In this document: positions 58,301-64,000 of the stretch, piece by piece
Numbering within the stretch: the stretch's first letter is position 1
Layout: the number at the start of each line of letters is the position of its first letter
Assembly (NCBI GenBank): GCA_965203295.1
Contig: CBDBCZ010000016.1
Coordinates: forward strand, 1,088,001 to 1,152,000
Direction: 5' to 3'
Length of the DNA stretch: 64,000 nucleotides
Origin: Nitrospirales bacterium
Lineage (GTDB): Bacteria > Nitrospirota > Nitrospiria > Nitrospirales > UBA8639
The notes under the pieces: model-generated
What the model was told of the DNA's origin: nothing
The model's database searches: none
The model's input: the letters and a program-made list of their open reading frames with translations, nothing else
Made by a program: the position numbers and the translations under genes

Positions 58301-61300
58301 TCTGGAAGAAAGAGAAAGGAATCTGGAAATGTGGTAAAGATTTTAATATCTGGGTCACTGAAATCACTCACACGCTTAAGAGTGCCATTGTATGGTATGC
58401 ACGGGAGCCTTTTCAATGTGTCAATGAATTCCAAGGTAATACCATCCACTTCACTCATTGTCATGGCATCATCCAATAGCTGATCTCTAATATGCAGCAG
58501 CTGCTCAAGCCTTTCTTTGCTACTGAGAAGGTGAAAGTGTGGGAAGATGTACTGTGTATATACTTCCTCGGTATACACATTTTTTATTCCCAAAACTAAT
58601 GGTCGTACTAGCAGTTTTTTCCACATACCATTCGATTTCAGAAACACGCACCCTGAATTTTGCATCCATTTGTCAGAACCAGCTAAGCAGACTCGATTGC
58701 CTGGCCAAAAATGCACTCTACCATGAAGAGTGCATAGTTTTCCATCAATATTTCTAAAGAGTGGCAAAGTCTTAATTTTCTGTAGACTGTCTCTGTATGC
58801 TACATCAGCAAAGTGTATATGACCAAAATATCCAAACAAAACTTCAATGTTTTTATCAATATCTGGGGTATTCAGGAATGCCTGAAGTCTCCCTTCCATA
58901 TGAAAATAATACAAGTTTGACAATACTTTCACAGTGTTAGAAAGTGCTGGACAAAACTCTTCTATTTCTTCAGCTTGGAATGATGGAACTATATCAGTAT
59001 TAAGAATAGGCATTCCAACTTTCCTCAATATCTCAAATACTTCTTCAGTGGTATTGTTTGTACTAGTAGGGCTTTCTGAGGTACATCCTTCGCTACAACT
59101 ATCAGTGGGGTTGATTAATGGCATTAGTTGGTTTGGTCTAAAGGAGAATAATTGGCAGCTCGTGGATGGTAGCAGGGCCCACTGTATTACTATATTCTTC
59201 AAGTGATGCCTGAAGATGGGATCATTCAGGAAGCAGTCCCAGAGTGACTTTAGCATCTCCATATCGATAGGACACTGCTCTATGATTTGCACTCTCCTTG
59301 TACAAAGTGCAGGGGGCAGTTCTGCTGAAAGAATACTATAGACAATACTCCAATTATCATCATCTGGCTGAAGGAAATATGATTTAACACAGTTTATTTG
59401 TTGCATCTCTTGATGGAGAAATAGTTCTTGTTTTCGAGGAAACAGTTCGACAAAGTTGGAATTAATGACCTTATGCTCTTCATCAAAATTTCGAAGTTGA
59501 CTATCAGCAGTCAAAAGCAGTGGAAGATCAAATGGGGTACTGGGGAATTCTTCAGAATTCTGGAGTAGGAACTGTATGAATTGCTGAAAATTTGGGGCTG
59601 ATAGAAAAACTGTTTCTTCAATGTGACATGGGAAGCCTTTCTTGCTTACTTGTTCAGAAAATCTGCTGTAATATTCATACACAGTTGTCTGTGAAATTTC
59701 TGGTAAATCAACTGTTTCAATGTCTTTAAAGTGTAATTGTATTTTCTTTGGTGTAGCTGTGAGGTTCATTCCAATCCTTACCAAAGCATGAGCTACTTGC
59801 GGTAGTACCTCAGACTCAGAGCAAAAGTAGCTCTGCTGTGCGGGGTTGGGGCTGTGTAGGGGATACCACTTTCCGGCAAAAAATTCAAAAGTGGAATTAC
59901 TGGTTTCAGGAGCAGACACTAATTGTTTGTGACAGTCCTGAATAGTCATCAGCACCTCTGCATTCTGACTGTCAAGTTTTTTATAGACCCTCTTTGCAAG
60001 ATCTTTATAAAGACTGTCTGGAGATAATCCACATTGCGGCAGCCATGTTGGAAAAATCCAATAGTATCTTTGTATATCCGCTTTCAGTACCTCTTTTGAG
60101 TCATAGCCTTCCGACTTGAAGTAAAACTCACGGGCAGTCACCAAGAACTTGGCATATGAGGAAGCAATTGCCTCAATCAGTTTGAGGTTCCACTTGGTTC
60201 GGTCATCAGGATAGTTTGTGTTTGTGGAAAGCCATAAATTTCTCCGAGAAGAGCTAAGCATAAAGCGGCCATTGACATGCACTGGAAGTCTTGAATTCCC
60301 AGGGAGGGGCAAGAAACAGAAAAGTTTCCCTTGAAAGGAGATATCATTTCCAGGTTTTAGGCGAGCAGCTATTCCATGTATTGGTTTGACTCGAGGGGCA
60401 AAAATCCAATCTTGTTCCTGATTGTCAATGTCCCCCACTCCCTTCTGTATGAGCCATCGTTCGGATTCTATGCTGCTAGTAGATTTATCTATGGATGTCA
60501 TGGAGTACATGATGACGTGAGACTCACTTCCTTTCTCTGCAAAAGCTGCCACCTTCCCATGCAGCTCATTTTGTTCTACAGTAGCAGTTTCAGGATTGTC
60601 AAGGCTTACTTCAAACCAATGAGTTGTTTTCAATTTAGGGACTGCCTCATCTTCAATCACAAAGAATTTTAATTCAACTATGTGGTTCAAGAAAAGAAGG
60701 CATTGTTTTATATCGGGAGTCCATTCATCTATGTATTCTTTCATTTTCCAATCAGGTAGGCCCATACTGAATGAGTGATTGTCTAGTAACTTTGACTTTT
60801 CCACTAGCTTACGAGTGGAACGGAGAGGAAACCGAAACAAAGTTCCCTTCTTGAGTTCACTAGGACAGCACAACAGTTCATCCTGTAAATATGGTGCCTT
60901 CAGATCTGGCCAGTGTGTCCAAAACCTCTCATCTAATTTGTCATATCTCCTTCCTGGTCGCCTTTCATTAGCTCCAGGAACATATCGACAGTGAGGATCC
61001 AGGACGCACAGAGTGGTCCCATCTGAAATAAAGCTGGGGCAGTCAGTGAGGTGGTACACTACATTGAAGCCAATGCCATACATGCCAATGGATTCTGAAT
61101 CGGTTCTCTTGTTGCCGAGTCCAAGTTGCTGAATGCCTTTTAGGTCCTCTTCACTGAAGACACTGTCATTCCACACCAGTAGTGCAGGACCCTGGAGATC
61201 TTTCCATTCATCAGATGGTAAACTATCTGTACCATGCTGCCGCATGTCAAGAATAACATACATTTTTGTTGCTTTGGCATCATCTGCATTTTGGAGGAGT

Positions 61301-63999
61301 TCTTTCAAAATCGTGACATCAAATGAGTATTCATTCAATATGTTCTTAATTCTCCGAGTCAGCTCTTCTTTTTGGCCAAACTCTACACCATAAAAGTCAT
61401 CACTGATTGCTTCATACTTTTGAAGGAGTTTGCTGCGAACCATTTTTACACCAAGTTTTTCTGCTACAGCCCTTGGAATACATTCATTCACAAATAGACA
61501 GTCATCTTCAGCCTCACACCATGGAGCATCATTGTAAGCCAACTTCTTGGCATCATGCATAATGAACAGTGTGTCTGGAAGATAGCAGGTGAAATCATCA
61601 GGTAGATCTGTTGCCTTCTGCAGAGTCTGTAGTAGGATAGGGATTGCTTTCTGGCACTTATCATCAATTGGTACACCAAGTCTTGTAGAATCTTGATACA
61701 TATTCTTCAAGGCTGATAGAAAGTCTTCTGGTACAAAACTTTCTCGGATATTCATTGCTGTAGTAAGATTAGGTTTTGTAGTCAAAAGGGACGGAAGACT
61801 GAACAAGTATGGTCCATTGTGGTCCCAATTTTTGGCAACTGCATTTGGGAATATAAACTGTTTACCATTCCATACACATGGTTGGCACTGCAGTTCAGCA
61901 AACAATGGGTCATCTGGCTTCAATAGAAAGCTAAGCTGTGATTCAAGCCACTCATACACTTTTACACAAGTGTCTTCTATGAATTTGATATTAATGGATG
62001 GGGTGGCTGGTACACAAGTGCCAGGCAGATTAGGCTGCTGAGCTTCAAATACTTGGATCAAATGGCAAAAATGTTTGACAACCTGTTGATTGGTTGGGCA
62101 GGTTTGGATATGGATGAGTCTACTTGGAAAGTACCCACACCCACCATTCTTGGGAAGTTCTTCACAGAGAATTGAAACTTGTGATCCAGCCAAGATACTG
62201 TTACTTTCTCCCTGTACAAGTTCCTTGGCACTTAGCAAACTGTACTTCTCGCCAAACCACTCAAGTGGGTAGCCCTTTGGCTTTCTCTTGACAGGAAGGA
62301 ATGGGATTTCTGCTAGTGGCTTCAGGTCTGCTCGTTTGTACCTCGATAAGCACTTCAGTATTAGCTGGACTCTTTCAAGAGCCTTCAATTCATGTTTAGA
62401 ATATTGGTCACATATAGATTGAGCTCTCTCTATTAGCATAGACAAGGGTATAGAACTGCTAATCATTCCAAGTTGGTTCAGAGCAGTACAAACAAGCCCA
62501 TTGTTATACAGTGTCTTCAATGGAAACACACCATCCTCAGGGTCATAAAGGCTGGCGAAAATTGATCGAGGATCAACAACCTCAGTAGGAAGCTTTAGAT
62601 TCATACCAGTAGGAGTGCAAGGGATGCATCTGTTTTCAATCATAAATCTCTTGAGGTACCTCTCTCGCTGTGTTTCTCTGGCTGACACCACTGCAAAAGT
62701 TTGCAACAGACATTCAAGAACTTCATTTCGAACATCAACCAGACTTTCTGAAGTTATGTTCTCAAAGAACTGCTGAATAAATATCTCCTCAGTGACTACA
62801 ACACGGTCAGATTTAGCTTTAGGTAAATGTTTTCGGTATGAATGTGCAAGAGATACTACTGGAAGTTTCAGCTTCTCAGCAACAGCTAGGATACATTTAG
62901 GTGAATCCTGATTAGCTAAGTGGCAAAGAATACCCTGCAATAGAATCTTACTGTTAGCCAAACACTGCCACCTTGACAGAGATGTGCAGTAAAACAAGTT
63001 GCTAGTACTGGAACAGATGAATTTATACAGTGGAGCAATAAGACGATCCCATGGAACATGTGCTTTTAATTTCTCTTGCAGTGGCCACAGACTGAAATAT
63101 TTATACTCATCCTCTTGAATTTTGTGGACTGAGAACATTCGTTGAAGTGCTACCAACAAGTTGCGGTATGCTTTAGGGATGGTGTGTTCCATTAGTTTGG
63201 TGTTCCACTCGGTCTCACTGCTGCTACTAAGTTCATCATATGAACATTTGATACCTTTTCGATCATTCATTACAGCAAAGTTACTGCTCACATGCACTGG
63301 GAGTCCGGTTTGCAAGGTCAAAGGAAGAAAGCAGAAGACTTCTCCATCAACAGGCTCTGGGATAAAATGAAGAGGTGATTTCTGTTTAACCAGGCAGGCC
63401 ACAGCAGCAGTAGACTCTTTCGGTTTACTGTTCAACTCAATTTGTCTGGTATGTGAAGCCACCAGCCAATGCTCTCGCTGGATATGCGCAGGAGCTTGAT
63501 TTGGAGTGTAGTTCATATACAGGCATACAGCCTTACTGTTGGTGACAATCTTCTCATTTTCAACCTTTCTGAGTTCCAGTATGAGACGAGGGGCTTCATC
63601 TCCTGGGTTGATCCGACTGAATGTTATCTGTTTCACATTACTTAAGAATAAAAGTAGTCTTGAACTGGATTTCTTAATATCATCAATCAACTGGTCAACT
63701 ATCCTCTCATTGTAAATCACATGACTGATTTTACTGGCCACTGTACGAAATGGGAGCCGGAACATGGTCCCACTATATGGTTCCTTTCCATTGAATCCGT
63801 ATAAACCTTCATAGGGCAGTAGTTGTTTGGAATCTGCCACTAACTTTTTAGTGAAAGTCACTTTCTTTCCAGTTCTTGTAGAATCTTTGACATCTTGTTT
63901 GATATATTTTAATGTCGGATCAAAAATATAGAGGTAATCACGACTCACAAAGGAAGGAACATCAGTTATGTGGTATACAGAGCAGAAGCCCACACCAAA
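55318..63999 (-). CDS. SACS: Sacsin-like protein; 5'-partial, no introns within window
   Basis: 2891+ aa ORF open to the window edge. Contains sacsin repeat regions with HSP90-like ATPase motifs (FGQKEELTRRIKNIL, ELLQNADDA, GMYGIGFNVVYHLTD, GTLFRFPLR, FCFLPL..LPVHVN), a J-domain (LYLKWHPDKN, near 56000-56030) and a C-terminal HEPN domain (WLAQAKSDL...AEKALKA...LEAHYLDTRFPN). Confidence 0.93.
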   Translation of the reverse strand, partial: FGVGFCSVYHITDVPSFVSRDYLYIFDPTLKYIKQDVKDSTRTGKKVTFTKKLVADSKQLLPYEGLYGFNGKEPYSGTMFRLPFRTVASKISHVIYNERIVDQLIDDIKKSSSRLLLFLSNVKQITFSRINPGDEAPRLILELRKVENEKIVTNSKAVCLYMNYTPNQAPAHIQREHWLVASHTRQIELNSKPKESTAAVACLVKQKSPLHFIPEPVDGEVFCFLPLTLQTGLPVHVSSNFAVMNDRKGIKCSYDELSSSSETEWNTKLMEHTIPKAYRNLLVALQRMFSVHKIQEDEYKYFSLWPLQEKLKAHVPWDRLIAPLYKFICSSTSNLFYCTSLSRWQCLANSKILLQGILCHLANQDSPKCILAVAEKLKLPVVSLAHSYRKHLPKAKSDRVVVTEEIFIQQFFENITSESLVDVRNEVLECLLQTFAVVSARETQRERYLKRFMIENRCIPCTPTGMNLKLPTEVVDPRSIFASLYDPEDGVFPLKTLYNNGLVCTALNQLGMISSSIPLSMLIERAQSICDQYSKHELKALERVQLILKCLSRYKRADLKPLAEIPFLPVKRKPKGYPLEWFGEKYSLLSAKELVQGESNSILAGSQVSILCEELPKNGGCGYFPSRLIHIQTCPTNQQVVKHFCHLIQVFEAQQPNLPGTCVPATPSINIKFIEDTCVKVYEWLESQLSFLLKPDDPLFAELQCQPCVWNGKQFIFPNAVAKNWDHNGPYLFSLPSLLTTKPNLTTAMNIRESFVPEDFLSALKNMYQDSTRLGVPIDDKCQKAIPILLQTLQKATDLPDDFTCYLPDTLFIMHDAKKLAYNDAPWCEAEDDCLFVNECIPRAVAEKLGVKMVRSKLLQKYEAISDDFYGVEFGQKEELTRRIKNILNEYSFDVTILKELLQNADDAKATKMYVILDMRQHGTDSLPSDEWKDLQGPALLVWNDSVFSEEDLKGIQQLGLGNKRTDSESIGMYGIGFNVVYHLTDCPSFISDGTTLCVLDPHCRYVPGANERRPGRRYDKLDERFWTHWPDLKAPYLQDELLCCPSELKKGTLFRFPLRSTRKLVEKSKLLDNHSFSMGLPDWKMKEYIDEWTPDIKQCLLFLNHIVELKFFVIEDEAVPKLKTTHWFEVSLDNPETATVEQNELHGKVAAFAEKGSESHVIMYSMTSIDKSTSSIESERWLIQKGVGDIDNQEQDWIFAPRVKPIHGIAARLKPGNDISFQGKLFCFLPLPGNSRLPVHVNGRFMLSSSRRNLWLSTNTNYPDDRTKWNLKLIEAIASSYAKFLVTAREFYFKSEGYDSKEVLKADIQRYYWIFPTWLPQCGLSPDSLYKDLAKRVYKKLDSQNAEVLMTIQDCHKQLVSAPETSNSTFEFFAGKWYPLHSPNPAQQSYFCSESEVLPQVAHALVRIGMNLTATPKKIQLHFKDIETVDLPEISQTTVYEYYSRFSEQVSKKGFPCHIEETVFLSAPNFQQFIQFLLQNSEEFPSTPFDLPLLLTADSQLRNFDEEHKVINSNFVELFPRKQELFLHQEMQQINCVKSYFLQPDDDNWSIVYSILSAELPPALCTRRVQIIEQCPIDMEMLKSLWDCFLNDPIFRHHLKNIVIQWALLPSTSCQLFSFRPNQLMPLINPTDSCSEGCTSESPTSTNNTTEEVFEILRKVGMPILNTDIVPSFQAEEIEEFCPALSNTVKVLSNLYYFHMEGRLQAFLNTPDIDKNIEVLFGYFGHIHFADVAYRDSLQKIKTLPLFRNIDGKLCTLHGRVHFWPGNRVCLAGSDKWMQNSGCVFLKSNGMWKKLLVRPLVLGIKNVYTEEVYTQYIFPHFHLLSSKERLEQLLHIRDQLLDDAMTMSEVDGITLEFIDTLKRLPCIPYNGTLKRVSDFSDPDIKIFTTFPDSFLFLPEELSSKEWLEFFRKIGLQTEVSMEIFIKFCWKISKGNHEDLREKSSVLLTYLFQATKWHENKDHLRKVSQIPFVCTETLPHLSLIKPIHSSENTYGKAVPMARLCGAANYEDHALLLWTLKPVVVLPELPCESNKDDFYSAIGVIQNPCTDDVIKNICNISQSRFSNFSLFDKYDEECKMELISGEKCPLLHVMLANFTFLQESECTESQLKQLNGVSCIPVLAQDDMTAPVLVQPQQVVAILTDEMKKFQPFLNPLPDQLYAVLPTVLSYMGVERSIGPAHIRLALEKVHATASGETLDPNTQEVVKHLLNKLQSLLEANSTISSKALETLYLPSTECRLMKSTLLFYPDKGYHRKTDFNFSTSRYSLFSLLSEEQTYSEFFRSNTEEQFSLLLPQAISPRALSACTINELHDLCSNCDVPLSIAERLKNVLTLSSLPKAIHLVSKDVFHKPKADKVCSKFPTVTALEQFFQSIDVVSMKNVMVDILLSVDPKRNQKIATTRMMFLFQKKTNDDGSEKFFLYVSAELLKNFTRHLVTIDSFFNPFADEMTLHIAQMSGINPKELKRTTFPHLLSRFLKAETDDDISLILEQHFDAPFIAEFGSSTSSLSPKLGKHIPKCWHHRLDVDIYNIFRSEEWIGYGEIEDTVTFARVGYCIPRDGQGPRLMDEYLIYTGDSDEEGTTVSVLDMYKFLRGPTGNQQSDADSDALCTFEDESEPIQLRQTLDANDLKAIKRQICEDLNIIWKLPEDQKRKAIKRLYLKWHPDKNPSPLATKAFQYLRQQIDRLSSGSSLEEPGAEETAAHSSPPKWDSYWGTQFDHWNQTAQAHRKRCATENTAGEEFPFEATPQPQPQPTTARVWLAQAKSDLDVLRILLEKVDDNHQVCCHICFLAHEVAEKALKAGKYAVCGLDPGSLGHHSLTPHAIALEQERSSVTSGLQLLASSLEAHYLDTRFPNRYYPPSIPSNHYNHDKAKKAAITAEDIFRMMKLVVKES

Positions 64000-64000
64000 C

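Noticed and set aside
55318..63999. Bacterial contamination or recent horizontal transfer
   Set aside because: The SRR + J-domain + HEPN architecture is the eukaryotic sacsin type, and the flanks carry the same host repeats.

Overview
Intron-rich eukaryotic (animal) DNA, probably from a demosponge. That assignment is an inference from the gene content and repeat landscape and is not verified. Four genes were reconstructed by eye from GT-AG boundaries and reading-frame continuity. (1-2) Two head-to-tail bubblegum-type long-chain acyl-CoA synthetase (ACSBG) paralogs: copy A is 5'-partial (800-10590), and copy B (12719-29623) has an acidic repeat N-terminus. (3) An adhesion GPCR (34830-52810) with signal peptide, 2 LDLa, EGF-like, Ser-Gly micro-exons, 15 single-exon sushi/CCP modules, GAIN/GPS and 7TM. 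(4) A convergent, 5'-partial sacsin-like ORF with no introns inside the window (minus strand, 55318 to the window end). Introns and spacers hold tRNA-derived repeats, Helentron-type HINEs, TIR elements with TSDs, microsatellites abutting splice sites and a degenerate hammerhead-like motif. The most interesting observations are the frame-symmetric sushi exon array in the GPCR, patchy gene conversion between the ACSBG copies, and complementary (GA)n/(CT)n tracts flanking an in-frame exon in only one paralog.
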